Positions 12,130 through 25,544 of a stretch of 53,297 nt of DNA are shown here, in pieces. The stretch is from Octopus bimaculoides (taxonomy: Eukaryota): positions 51,097,034 to 51,150,330 of the forward strand of contig NC_068989.1 in the NCBI RefSeq assembly GCF_001194135.2, written 5' to 3'. The stretch's first letter is position 1. Each line of letters starts with the position of its first letter. A program made the position numbers and the translations under genes. The notes beneath the pieces were generated by a model. It saw only the letters and a program-made list of their open reading frames with translations, ran no database searches and had not been told where the DNA came from.

Positions 12130-12790
12130 TGTCAGTCGTAGGGTGTTTGTGGAACCCTCTTAATTGCTCAAGTCACCAAAGAGTAACCTGTTGTAGTTAT
12201 GATAATAGTAATCGGAATTGTTCGGAATAGATTCATGGCTAGTGACTGTTTTGAATAATTTGTCTTTAAAATTTGCGTGTGTATTATTCTAAGGCCCTTA
12301 CAGTAGTGTCAATTGTGGTGGACGCATTCAAAAGTGTTTATATTTTGCGATAAAATATCACTCATTGCTAATGCGCTAATTATAGGTTGCATCGTCCCTG
12401 GATTTATAGAGGGGAACAATTCGGAAGTTGGGTTGTTCGTTAGTGCCGCAAATGTCGAGGTCTTCGTTGAATGCTATTTTTTGTATTCCCAAATTTTAAC
12501 CTGGGCTCTATGTAGAATCATCCGTTGAGGTAAATTGTTTTTGGTCTGGCCTATGCATTACTCTCCACATCCTGAGCAAGGTAATACATATATTAGGTTT
12601 TCCGAAGCACATGTGAAGTTGCTTTTCACTGTAAAACGTTGACCCTGTTTGAAAAAGAACTCTGATCCCTCAATTAGGTTGACGCATATACAACAGTTAG
12701 TGTTTCGCATTTTTTTAATGATGGCTTCAGTGCTGTTGTCGAGTGTACTTGGGCTTGTGTTAGGAGATTTGAAAATTATGAAAATATTTT
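12130..12790 (-). mobile_element. Penelope-like element fragment: GIY-YIG domain plus 3' region
   Basis: GQRFTVKSNFTCASENLIYVLPCSGCGE*CIGQTKNNLPQRMILHRAQVK...DICGTNEQPNFRIVPLYK...YFIAKYK. Confidence 0.85.
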
Positions 12791-13190
12791 AAAAACGCAT
12801 TAAATTTAATATTTCTACAATTTAATTGATTTTCACTAAGTTGAAAAAGTGGAAAACACTGAAACCGGTACTAAAATGTTCTTCATGATAAAATTATTTT
12901 AGCATTTTTTCCTTGTCTTATTTTTTCTTATATATATATAAATATACGAATATAGATACACATGGATATAAGGATATACGTACACATCTCTTATAGGTAC
13001 ACAACACTTATAACTATGCACGTACACATACATACACATACACATATTCAGAACTATATCCGGAAATTTACACATGCAGCATTTTTATACCCATACACCC
13101 ATACACAATCACCAATACACCAATACAAACACATACACACACGCATAATACTTTTGCATACATATACACACACCCATATACAGAGAAGCA

Positions 13191-13266
13191 TCTCCCTGCC
13201 CAGCATAACAACGCCTTTCCCATCATAGCAACGCTCTTCCAAGCATAGCAACTCCCTTCCCAGCAT
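13191..13266. repeat. Degenerate 20-bp minisatellite x3.8 (consensus about ACGCCCTTCCCAGCATAGCA)
   Basis: Units begin at 13191, 13211, 13231 and 13251. Confidence 0.85.
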
Positions 13267-14269
13267 TTGAGGTTCAATACTTATATAAGAGTCACTATTT
13301 GTAAACATTATTACTAAAATAAATGTGTATGTATATTTCAATGTATGAGAGACGGTCGTGTATTTGTAAGCATAATTTTAATTTCAGTGTCTTATATCCA
13401 TACCTTGATAGCCCGTGGTTAATATTCTTCGTATCTTCTTGTTGTTCCTCTTTGTTACATGAAACTAATTACTTTCGAATACAATTATTAAAAATACCAT
13501 TGTTGTAACGATAACATTTCTATTTGACATTTTGCTTTCGTAAAATTCCCTAACCACATGAATGCATATATATCTTTTGAAAGACTCTACTGGGTGCATT
13601 TAATGGTCCTTATAATTCCTGCATATAGGAATTTACTAAGCTACATACGAACGTCTAAACGTAATATATGTGTTAAATAAAATAGCAATTGTTTTATTCC
13701 GCACCTGGGTGACATTTGAGTCGATTATAATATCATATATGGAATACAAATATTATTTATTTGAAGTGGAGTTATCCATAGAATATACATTCTTGTATTT
13801 TGTTCTAACACTTTACAAACATAGTTAAAATCTCGATTAGATAAATTATTTTCAACAGTCCATGGTTTATAAAATAAAGTATCGGTAAAAAAAAAAAATG
13901 TTTAAATTTCATGTAGTAACCATCGAATGAATGGCATTTTGCGAAGATGAGAAATCATATAAGCAGTAAAAAAGGTATATAAAGATTAACCAAACCTTTA
14001 CTCTTATTATGGATATATGCGTCGGATCTCCCTCATAAGATGATATGAGTTCACGTTTTCGAACAAGAGAATTAACGTGCATTAGTGAAGAATTTCACAG
14101 GAACATGTACATTTAATGGGATTTACGAAGAGAATCTGAAACATATTGTTTTCGATACAAAAGTTTGTGTTTTGAATCACCAGTACAATACGCACGTGGC
14201 GATACACACGTGGACCTTATATTGCGTATCCGTACACCCGACTTGAGTTGCAAGATATGGGCCGACTAT

Positions 14270-14380
14270 AAGCTATAATAAAATGACAATTGGTACAACA
14301 CCCACAGAGTCGGATGTTCCCTCGAACCTTGTGGCTACGAAGCAAATTTCATAACTATTCGTCCAGTGCATGCCTACTAT
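14270..14380 (-). mobile_element. Highly decayed SINE 5' head
   Basis: The reverse complement AGGCATGCACTGGACGAATAGTTATGAAATTTGCTTCGTAGCCACAAGGTTCGAGGG resembles the SINE head at 51019. Confidence 0.4.
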
Positions 14381-15092
14381 GCTAACGTGTGAAGAGGTTG
14401 TATTATATGGCATTAAATCTTATATCCATGTGTAGTGTTAGCAGTTCTAAAGAATAGATTTTAATAAAGGACCTTTAAAAATATGACTGTTGCCAAACAT
14501 CACTTCATCCCCACTCCAAAAAAAATCTAAAATTAATACAAATGAAATGTTTTATTTTTGCTTGAGAACAAAACCGGTAGGTGCGGTAGAGTGTGGACTA
14601 TTATATAGCTTGATGATATTGGTTTCAAAGAACTTGGTAATGAAACACAAATTAAAAAAAAAAATTAATAAGATGTAATTTAAATATTTTGACTGTGGAA
14701 AGAGAAACAATATATTAAAGTTGAATGGTTATGAAATGAATTGCTCATTGACTTGCGAGTAATAATTTAATATGTTTTGTCTGTCACATGCAGAATATTA
14801 TCTTCGTAAACACAATCAAAGTAACTAAGACAGACTTTATGAATTATTATTTTTCCTTGTCTCTTTAATCTTTTTGAAATTATTTTCCCGTGACTTTTCT
14901 TTACCTTGTTATTATAAAATGGATTGTCAACATTGCGGGCAGCTAGGCTAAAATATAAAATATTGTGTTTGATCCACTTACAAAAACAATAATGAAAAAG
15001 TGAAAAAAACTTAAGCTAATTGATTCAGCTAACAGATACTAGTTATTAAATTCTTTATAGGAATATTTAAATTTTACATTTGTATTTTAGTT

Positions 15093-15133
<41 letters not shown>

Positions 15134-18100
15134 GCGCACACACACTTACAAACACACACACATATATGTATATGCATATATATGAATACATGGATATATA
15201 TGTATGCATGTGTGGGCGTATGAGTGCATATGTGTGTGTGTTTGACTGTGTGTGTGCGTGCGTCTAAGTAATGTTTTTACAAAAGCAGTAAAACAACCGA
15301 TTGAGTAGGTTTAAATGAAATGCTAAATTAACGTATGAGTAAATTGACGAATTTTCTTTTAAACGATTTTTAAGTTTTTGATAAAAAAGAAAATATCAAT
15401 CATTAGTATTGTTATTAAATACAGCAATGTTTCTCCCTCCTCCATTTTAATATTAATGCATTGTAAATTAATTTGGGTTGACTAGTTTATAGCAAATAAT
15501 CAAACCGTAGATCAAAGAGATAACGTCCACTATTATTTTAATATACTAACTTGTTTATCTTCTTTTTTGACTTTCAAAAAGATAATTTCTCTAACATCTA
15601 TAGTTCCCTGCTAGCATAGAATAGTTGTTAGCTATAAAAATTCAAATATCTGTGAGGATTGTCGGACCAATTTTGTTACAGTTCAATTATCTAATGAATG
15701 CAAATAATTCAACTGTGCAAAATTTTAAAAAATGCTTCTCTTATTTGACAGTAAATATAGCTGAGTACCTGACAATTTATGCGACATGGGTCCCGACTCT
15801 TAATAATTTGTAGAACATCCTAGCTAGCAAATTCCATCGTTCCATAATTTCAGATAATAAAAGAAACAAGAAAGTAGTTACTCCATGAAATGCATCCGTG
15901 TATGAAGTTTAAGAAGCAAATTAATTTTAAAGGTGAACACCTGAGAAATATTTAAATTAAGTATTGTCTGCGGAAATAACTGAAAGAAGCCTTCTACTTT
16001 GCCAAAGTAAAGCTAAAAGATATTTCCATAAAAGAAACTGAGCACTACAGTATCTATCGAAAGAAATATATTTCTTTTACATAATAATGATGAGGTACCG
16101 AGTAATTTGAAACATGTCTCTGTAATTGCATATACACACAGACATACTTACTTATGTGTGTCAATATACATTCATATATATACACCCAGACACACACACA
16201 CACACACACACACACACANNNNNNNNNNNNNNNNNNNNNNNNNNNNNNNNNNNNNNNNNNNNNNNNNNNNNNNNNNNNNNNNNNNNNNNNNNNNNNNNNN
16301 NNNNNNNNNNNNNNNNNNNNNNNNNNNNNNNNNNNNNNNNNNNNNNNNNNNNNNCACACACGCACACACACACACAAACACAAACACGCACGCACACACA
16401 CACGCACACACACACACAGATATATATATATATCTATAGATCAATAGAACACCAAATTTGAATGCTCATGTGAAAGATAAGGGTATGGATTCATGACCAT
16501 AAATTTATGAATTAGTCTTTTGATTTGGCTGCGCGCTATCCCATTCTGGAATTCATACCATACCTTCTTGCACTAGTGTATTCAGTTAAATATGAGTACC
16601 ACACAAGTTATAATGCAACTCCCTTTTTCCTGTAGCAGTCATATTCTCGTTGTTCCTCTGAGGAAGATTAAGGAAATCTGTGTCTGGCTGTTTCACCATG
16701 GTCACCTAAAGCAAATATTGAAATCGTGATAAAATCTACATGTCATAATCGGTTGCGAGGGATAGCTAAGATTTTTATCTTATAGCACTGTCATAAGATA
16801 ACAAAATTGCAGACAGTTGCAGGCTGTGTAAATTAATATTCTTTTTGCAGAATGATTGACTTATTTCTGAGATTATGACAGCATGTTATATGAGCAAACT
16901 TTGGAAGAAATCTCAAGTGTTCATAACGACTAAGCAAATATATAACAATAGGCATGATTTACTTACTGAGCCGTTGGAAGTATCTACGTTTCTGTTGTGA
17001 CAAATTTAGTAGCTATCTGGGAAATTATTTAGCGATCACTACCCTGTCTTTAATAGATTTCTAAAATTACGCTTATTCGAGGCTACAGGATGTTCGATTG
17101 TGTCCATATTGTGTCTGTATTTAAAATTTTCTACAGAATACAGTTATGCTATCAGAATATGACATGTACTAATTATGTTCCTCTAATTTCTGGCGAAAAT
17201 TCAAGAGAGCATTGCATGAAATGTTGATCTATTGATGGCTGGTGGTATTAGGTGAATGCTTGTGTACTTACAGTATATGTGTGTCATTTTGTGCGTGTTT
17301 CTGTCGTTCGGTTTAGTGGCAGTAATATAATATTGTGAACATTTTCTTCATTGAAAGTATATATGCATGGTTATGTGCATTTAAATATATGCTATAGCTT
17401 TATTGCGCTTACGTTACTATGTGCGTACATGTGAACAAGATAAATGAATAAATTCAGAGAGATAGAATGAGAAAAAGAGAGAGAGCCAAAAAGAGAAAGA
17501 AAGCGTAAGAGAGAAAGAAAGAGAGAGGATACAAAAAGTTATCTGGTTGCAGAGAGATAGATAGACAGATTGATCGATAAACAGACAGAGAGATAAATGG
17601 ATAGATGGATAGACAGAGACACAGACAGATATATATATATATATATATATATANNNNNNNNNNNNNNNNNNNNNNNNNNNNNNNNNNNNNNNNNNNNNNN
17701 NNNNNNNNNNNNNNNNNNNNNNNNNNNNNNNNNNNNNNNNNNNNNNNNNNNNNNNNNNNNNNNNNNNNNNNNNNNNNNNNNNNNNNNNNNNNNNNNNNNN
17801 NNNNNNNNNNNNNNNNNNNNNNNNNNNNNNNNNNNNNNNNNNNNNNNNNNNNNNNNNNNNNNNNNNNNNNNNNNNNNNNNNNNNNNNNNNNNNNNNNNNN
17901 NNNNNNNNNNNNNNNNNNNNNNNNNNNNNNNNNNNNNNNNNNNNNNNNNNNNNNNNNNNNNNNNNNNNNNNNNNNNNNNNNNNNNNNNNNNNNNNNNNNN
18001 NNNNNNNNNNNNNNNNNNNNNNNNNNNNNNNNNNNNNNNNNNNNNNNNNNNNNNNNNNNNNNNNNNNNNNNNNNNNNNNNNNNNNNNNNNNNNNNNNNNN

Positions 18101-18556
18101 NNNNNNNNNNNNNNNNNNNNNNNNNNNNNNNNNNNNNNNNNNNNNNNNNNNNNNNNNNNNNNNNNNNNNNNNNNNNNNNNNNNNNNNNNNNNNNNNNNNN
18201 NNNNNNNNNNNNNNNNNNNNNNNNNNNNNNNNNNNNNNNNNNNNNNNNNNNNNNNNNNNNNNNNNNNNNNNNNNNNNNNNNNNNNNNNNNNNNNNNNNNN
18301 NNNNNNNNNNNNNNNNNNNNNNNNNNNNNNNNNNNNNNNNNNNNNNNNNNNNNNNNNNNNNNNNNNNNNNNNNNNNNNNNNNNNNNNNNNNNNNNNNNNN
18401 NNNNNNNNNNNNNNNNNNNNNNNNNNNNNNNNNNNNNNNNNNNNNNNNNNNNNNNNNNNNNNNNNNNNNNNNNNNNNNNNNNNNNNNNNNNNNNNNNNNN
18501 NNNNNNNNNNNNNNNNNNNNNNNNNNNNNNNNNNNNNNNNNNNNNNNNNNNNNNNN

Positions 18557-18849
18557 TGTAAAAAACGGGGAACAGATTAGGTTTATCCGTGGAGAGAAAA
18601 GCCTACGGAAATGACCACGGTCACCTCAAGCTTTTTTTTTTAAAGGTACATGAAAGTAAGTACCTTCTCTCTTTTTGTCTCTTTTTGTTACAAGTCTATG
18701 CTTAAAACGGTGTCGTCTTTCATTCTTACCGTTCTTGCCACATTTACCCATTTTTTATTGAAACTTTCATTTGACAACACTTTCCTCTCTATCCTCATCC
18801 TCCTTTTCAAGTGGTACTTGAAAAAGTTGACGAGGGACTGACCAGAGAG

Positions 18850-18852
<3 letters not shown>
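18557..18852 (-). mobile_element. 3' end of an L1/Tx1-like LINE (ORF2 C-terminus plus 3' UTR), 5'-truncated at a (TATC)n array
   Basis: LSGQSLVNFFKYHLKRRMRIERKVLSNESFNKKWVNVARTVRMKDDTVLSIDL* fits the Tx1-type C-terminal pattern (..F...L..R...E......F...W). Confidence 0.6.
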
Positions 18853-18904
<52 letters not shown>

Positions 18905-18915
18905 TGATTGATTGA
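18853..18915. repeat. (GATA)n microsatellite
   Basis: Directly visible. Confidence 0.95.
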
Positions 18916-19084
18916 TAGATAAATAGAGGGTGAATATATAATACTTAAATTTGTATGACACTCGATAGCTATTCGGAAATTGAGCAACATATGCATTGAT
19001 GGAATATGTATATAATTGTTGGCGAATTCAAAATTCCAAGAAATGTTAAAGAGATACATTGGACGCAAATGTTTACCGAAAAAG

Positions 19085-19094
19085 ACACACACAC

Positions 19095-19190
<96 letters not shown>
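19085..19190. repeat. (CA)n microsatellite
   Basis: Directly visible. Confidence 0.95.
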
Positions 19191-19701
19191 ATTAAATATA
19201 ATTATGCTATAATGTAATGAACGAACTAACCATCAGAAGAAATCATGTTAATTCAGACATCAGGATCTGCTAGAATAAAAAATTGTCATTATAGTGTAGT
19301 AGGCAATTAAGTTATTTCGCATACTTACACAATCTGCAAATATGAAATTATCACATTTTAAACGCATTAGCCTCGACGTTTTATTACACACCAAATATTG
19401 TTGTTATAATAGAATCTGCAAATAGAAATCTACTAAATGTATCTATTACTTGCTACAATATAATGAAAACAATTTTAAATTCTAAGAGAGTCTGATGTTT
19501 GACTTGTCATGAGTCGTTCTGATGTGTAGACCACTGTTATAGCTTATTTTCATATGCATGTAAACATATGTACGTCTCTGTGTATCTCCATATTTATTTA
19601 TGGGGGTGAATCTAGGTGACGCCGCAGACAGAACCGGACACAGATTAAGAAACTGCTAGCCGACATTTATTCATCTGTTACCCAATTATTCTTAATGTTT
19701 G

Positions 19702-19753
<52 letters not shown>

Positions 19754-19777
19754 CGTGTGAGTGTGTATATAATTCTA

Positions 19778-21063
19778 TCAGATCATCGCATAAGTTCTGT
19801 CCGAATTTTGAATAAAGAAAACAAGTGATCAAATGTTATATTTAATTGAAATTTAATCATCAATGTACTTTCCCTTATTATCTATGACTTTCTTCCATCT
19901 ATTTACAAGCGTTTTAATCCCATCAATGTAAAACTCTTTTGGTTTCAAAGCGAAGAACTCTGATATGTCAGTTCCGACCTACTTCTGGCTTGCGAAAATT
20001 ATGTCCCCCAAATGATTCTGTAAACTACGAAACAAATGGTAGCCTGAAGGAGCATGGTCGGGAGAATAAGGTGAATGAGGAATTTTTACCCAACGACGCT
20101 CTTCGATCTTCTGTAATATGATCATTGCAGTGTGGGGTTGCCCATTGTCCTGATGAAAGATCACTCCTTTTAGATTCACTAAAGCGGGTTTTTTTTACTT
20201 CAACACTTGGTACAAACTTTTTAATTGCTGACAGTAGACTTGAGCATTGACTGTTGCCTTAAGTGGTAACAATTCGAAGTGAATTACTCCTTTACAATCC
20301 CACCAGATAGAGGGAAGAACCTTTTTTCCCATGAAGTTCTCTTCTCGGTTGTGGTTGAGCCTTTTCCCATTTACCAAGCCACAGTTTACGACATTTAACA
20401 TTTCGATAAAAGATCCATTTCTCTTCACCAGTCACAAGTCTATCCAAAAAGAGTGAAATGAGTTCACGATAATGGAGAGAAGAGCAGATGTCAACTCGGG
20501 ATTTGCGGTTGCTTTCGAATAATTCATGAGGCACGCATTTTCCAAATTTAGGAACGTTTCCAAGTTGTTCAAGACGACAATGAACAGTTGTATGGTTTGA
20601 ACTAAGCTTTATTGCCAATTATTCAACTGATAATGCAGGATTTTCTTCAGGTAATGTCTGATGGCGCTTATCATCAAACTGAGCTGGACGTCCTGTTTGA
20701 TCTTCATTTTCAAGGCTGAATTATCCACTTCTGAATTTTGCAGACCGTCTTCTGCAAGTATTTTCATTCAAGCATTCTTTCCCATAAACTGAGTGTATGT
20801 TTCATGTAGCTTCGGCTGCAGAGTTTAACTTTTCTGTACTCATAAAGTATTATGTGTCTCAAATGCTCTTTGGATATTTCCATGTTGGAAAGGGTTTTAA
20901 TCAAAGAAATTTTAATTCTATTATACTGTACAATAATATTTAATTACTTTAAATGTACACAAATGCATAAAATTATTTTTTAATTCCATTAGACATTATA
21001 AAATACTATTAAAGTTCATTCAATTTTAAAACAGGTAAAATCGGACAAAACTTATGGGATGAC

Positions 21064-21067
<4 letters not shown>
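19778..21067 (-). mobile_element. Full-length (1290 bp) defective mariner element
   Basis: TIRs TCAGATCATCGCATAAGTTCTGTCCGA and TCAGGTCATCCCATAAGTTTTGTCCGA (24/27), TA on both sides. Confidence 0.95.
19853..20883 (-). pseudogene. Mariner transposase pseudogene (DD34D type)
   Basis: MEISKEHLRHIILYE...LGNVPKFGKCVPHEL...LDRLVTGEEKWIFY...FHQDNGQPH...YSPDHAPSGYHLF...GKYIDD*. First and third catalytic Asp are changed (E, G), with frameshifts. Confidence 0.9.
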
Positions 21068-21097
<30 letters not shown>

Positions 21098-21186
21098 CAA
21101 TGTTAAATCTCTGAACGAGGTGTTAACAGTAACTGCACGATAAAGTGAAGTATATTTGCCATTTAAATGTGGCTGACCCCTAAGGG

Positions 21187-21296
21187 TGGATGTTACTGTT
21201 GCTTTCAGCCCCAGGAGAACATCTCCTCCAGCTGGCTTATCGACACATATCTGTGTCCTGTCTATTTTTGCCAAGGGAAGTTATCCTTCCCATCTT
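21187..21296 (-). repeat. Interspersed repeat of unknown class (copy 2), abutting a SINE
   Basis: Homologous to 8719-8822. Confidence 0.65.
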
Positions 21297-21306
21297 GATC
21301 TGCGAT

Positions 21307-21653
21307 GAGCAAATCGACCCCAGGACTTATTCTTTGTAAGCCTAGTACTTATTATATCGGTTCTTTTCCTGAACCGCTAAGTTACGGGAACGTAAACACA
21401 CCAGCATCGCTTTTCAAGCGATGCTGGGGGACAAACACAGACACACAAACATATACACACACACGCACGTATATATACATATATACAACGGGCTTTTTTC
21501 AGTTTCCGTCTACCAAATCCACTCACAAGGCTTTGGTCGGTCCAAGGCTATAGTAGAAGACTCTTGCCCAAGGTTCCACACAGTGGGACTGAAACCGGAA
21601 CCAAGCAAGCTATTTACCACACAGCCACAACTACGTCTCCACACAGCCACTCT
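21307..21653 (-). mobile_element. tRNA-derived SINE family 1 (3'-truncated) with duplicated A-box segment
   Basis: Reverse complement matches 51019-51630: head GTGGCTGTGTGGTAA..GGTTTCAGTCCCACTG, AAAGCCTTGTGAGTGGATTTGGTAGACGGAAACTG, internal TA/TG tract, AGTACTAGGCTTACAAAGAATAAGTCCTGGGGTCGATTTGCTC. Confidence 0.9.
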
Positions 21654-21656
21654 AAC

Positions 21657-21705
<49 letters not shown>

Positions 21706-22274
21706 AGTATGTATGAATACATGTTTGTGTGAGTATGTGTGTGTACAAAAAAATGACGATACTAGTAGCAAAACTGGAAAAATCTGCAAAAAATGCTAGA
21801 ATGAACAATAATATTAATTTTGTCTGTATAAGTCATTAGGCCTCAGGTTTTGTGGTAGGATGTCCAGTCGATTACGTCGACCCCAATACGGCATTGTAGT
21901 AACAAGTGAGAACTCTCTCATTTGTTTCCACAATCAGAGTGCAGTTGTGAACGTTAACTCGCTGTTGTTTCTTCCTTTCTTTATACATATGCTTGTGGGT
22001 GTGTATATACATGCACACACACATGCACACACAACCATATATACAAGACACACACACGGACATATACATATACATACATATATAGTATTCTATGAGGGTA
22101 ATTCTATCTCATAGCTAATCTTTAAAAATATGTGTATAATATATCGTAACAAAACATTAGCGGTAAAAATTATATTGACATGTATATAATTTTTACTGCT
22201 AATATATATACATACTTGCATGCATGAATACATACATACACACATGAGAGTTGTTTACTGTTTATACGAAGTTT

Positions 22275-23185
22275 GACCACCTTCTGTACCTACACCTTAG
22301 CACCATCATGGCTTCTGATGTGACTTTTTAAACCAGACAATGTTCTGAAAAGACACCCACATAGATTTCATCTTTGATTTGGACTACCAAAACCTGTAGA
22401 TAAGTTCTGCTCTTTGTGGATCTTAAACACTACATTCAAAGATGTACACAGGCATATAAGCAGAATAGTTGGTGGAGTTTCGTTTTCACTACGTTCGCAG
22501 ATGTTATTTGAGGCCAGCAAAAGACAGGCATGGTTATTACAGACTATGCACACATAAAGGTCATTATCATTCACCTTGTCGATCGTCACACTCTTCCTTA
22601 GATCTCTTTTGAGTCTTACTTGCGTTATCCTGGCCCTTTCAAATGTTTTTACTCCACTCCACACCTTTGTTCGCCATCCACCTCGAGCCGAAGCAAGACT
22701 TTCTATGTCTACTGGAACCATTACTAGTGACTTCATAGTAGTCCTTATGCCGTCCTTAAAACTTTTTTTAGGTTTACCCCGATAGCGTTTCCCCTCAGCA
22801 AGCTCACTAAAAAACAGCTGTTTCGGCACGCGTTATTCTTCCATTCGAACAATATGCATCCATGCGTTTTTATATTTATTTTTTTCTGCTTAAACAGAGT
22901 GTTGGTGACAACCAGATTATTCTCAGTACAAAACGTCAAAAGAGCTACTCTATTTTTATTGCATTTTCAAATCCCTAAAACATGCCATGAAACATAGTCA
23001 TTTCCAACTCTTGCATTGAAATTTTCCAATATGACCAGCTTGTCAGAAATTGGTACTTTCTTCAATAATTGTGCTAGATCGTCATAAAACTGTCCTACAG
23101 TTCCATCAGAATGGGACATCGTTGGTGCATATATACTGACAACGGTTAGAGACCTACACACACACCAGCCAGACAACTATAACAA
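22275..23185 (-). mobile_element. RTE-clade LINE derivative with the endonuclease joined directly to the C-terminus (RT deleted)
   Basis: LTVVSIYAPT..FYDDL..DKLVILENFNARVG; FCTENNLVVTNTLFKQ; WMH|IVRMEE*RVPKQLFFSELAEGKR..GKPKKSFKD; C-terminal CGCLFRTLSGLKSHIRSH zinc finger. Confidence 0.85.
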
Positions 23186-23204
23186 CACAAACATACTCTG
23201 ACAG

Positions 23205-23760
23205 AAACACATACGCATCGGAAAATTCAGCAAATTGGGTCAATGGTTTCCTCACAAACATTCTGCGTCTAATCGGGCGCGGAGATTGAATGTGTGTTTC
23301 GTTGCTTTCACTCCTCCCGAATGAACGACTTTTGGACCGAATAGTGACTGGTGACGAGAAATAGGTTCTCTATAAAAATGTCAAGTGCAGAAGAAAGTGT
23401 GTAGTGAAAGGAGAAACACCGGCACTTCAGGCTAAAGAAGGTCTTCCCCCACGTAAGGTGCTATTTTCTCTTTCGTGGGATATGAAAGGTTTAGTCCACT
23501 TCGAACATTTAAACCTAAACCAAACGGTAACAAAAGAGATCTACAGCAAGCAGCGTGAGCGGCGTAATTCAGCGTTAGAAGAAAAACGACCATATTTGGT
23601 TTCAAGACGAAAGGTGATTTTCCAGCAGGAGCAATTTGCATGGAAAACTATGCACACCTATCACATTCGAAGAGGGCAGTTGCTAGACTACCATATAGGT
23701 GGAGGAGCATTTAGAAAATGAAGTAGAGTATATTTTAGATTAAAAAGGAACTTTAACTTA
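23205..23760 (+). mobile_element. Mariner transposase fragment
   Basis: IGKFSKLGQWFPH..LLDRIVTGDEK*VLYKN..KVLFSLSWDMKGLVHFEHLNLNQTVTKEIYSKQ; runs into a gap. Confidence 0.85.
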
Positions 23761-24006
23761 NNNNNNNNNNNNNNNNNNNNNNNNNNNNNNNNNNNNNNNN
23801 NNNNNNNNNNNNNNNNNNNNNNNNNNNNNNNNNNNNNNNNNNNNNNNNNNNNNNNNNNNNNNNNNNNNNNNNNNNNNNNNNNNNNNNNNNNNNNNNNNNN
23901 NNNNNNNNNNNNNNNNNNNNNNNNNNNNNNNNNNNNNNNNNNNNNNNNNNNNNNNNNNNNNNNNNNNNNNNNNNNNNNNNNNNNNNNNNNNNNNNNNNNN
24001 NNNNNN

Positions 24007-24056
<50 letters not shown>

Positions 24057-25544
24057 ATGTAAATATGTATGCATATGAATCTAATAATATTCATATATAT
24101 TTTTGTGTCATTACTAGGAATACATTTCTCTGTACACTATTGTTTCACTAGACATAGATAGACACTAATTATGTATTTCACCACCTAACACAAACTAGCT
24201 ACCCACTGACATGTATTATGCATCTTCGTTACACATCAAAATAAAATAAATTCGTTAACAATAAGTTAATTCAAACTCGAAAATATAAGACTGCGGTTTC
24301 TGCATTTACTCACTCTCATACACAATCCACGAGTAAAGGAAATTCTATCGAAATTTGGATCATCTACATTTTATACGAAAGAAAACTTTATGTAATGATC
24401 CCTTATTGTCACATATCCTGCATTCATGTATATATTGTCAATGTAATTCATACTGCATACACATTTTTAAAGATTAGTTATGGGATAAAATTACCTTCAT
24501 TAAAAAAATACCTAACTGAATTGCATCCGATGTTTTATAGAGCTCAATAAATAACACAAGTTTGAAAAGCAATTATTTTGAGATATGTTCAGCGAGAATC
24601 ATTTTCTTCAACGTTATATAACACATATTATGGCTCTCTTATCTGTCGTATATATGAAATTTAAGGTGCTATGGCCTAATATAAATGATATACATACGTA
24701 CATACATGCATACATAAATGCACAGCACGTACACAAATACATATTTGTGTGTGTGTTTGCATATATGTGTGTGTGGGGGAGGTAAGTATTCGTATATGTG
24801 TGAGTGTACACACACACGCCTATATATAATTTTCACGATCCAATGGAATCAAGGTATTTAAATAACAAAAGACGCGTGGGTAGAGTCGGGGATACGTCAC
24901 GAGATTCTCACATATTTACTATGGTAAATACGGACTGGTCCTTTCCGTTACGCATTCTTTCACAAGTATAGACAAAATATATAACGCATCGTAAGCTTAA
25001 TTTCTAATGCAGGGAAGTTTCCGAGTGTGATGTAATGTAAATAACACATATGGGCTGAGGGTCACAATAGCTGTTTCAGGTAAGAGGGTCAGTATGCATG
25101 ATATACTATCTATGTGAAAAATCCTGTATGTCAAATTTTACTCTTAATTCATTTGTAGAAAACGTGTCTTTTATTTTTACATTATGTAATTGATTTGTTA
25201 ATCTGTGTTATCATACATACGAGTCACGCTGAAAAGTTCTTAGCTTTCGGTAAAAGAAAATACAGGAGGATCAGCTTAATTTCTAAAGTAATAAAAATTC
25301 TTTCTACAATATGTTACGTGTAATATGTTTTCACTAATTAGGATGCCTGTGTTATTAACGGTCATTTTCTGTACAGAGAAATTACTTTTCTCCTTTAAAC
25401 AATGTGGATCAGGTGCACAAGTTGAAATAAAACATGTTGAGAACTAATATATAGGTTCTGTTTCCCAGACAACAACAAGCACCAGTATGAATAGATACGT
25501 AATTATTAAAATGTTTGTATGCTGCACAAGATGTATAAGGGAAA

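Noticed and set aside
10931-13266. Short regular repeats considered as CRISPR-like arrays
   Set aside because: No unique spacers, eukaryotic context and no cas genes; they are ordinary minisatellites.
18767-18840. Apparent terminal exon VPRQLFQVPLEKEDEDREESVVK* followed by AATAAA
   Set aside because: The overlapping frame matches a LINE ORF2 C-terminus, and the pyrimidine tract is just the (TATC)n array.
25013-25079. AG...CAG|GTAAGA bounded segment
   Set aside because: Stops in all three frames; at most a non-coding exon, with no other support.
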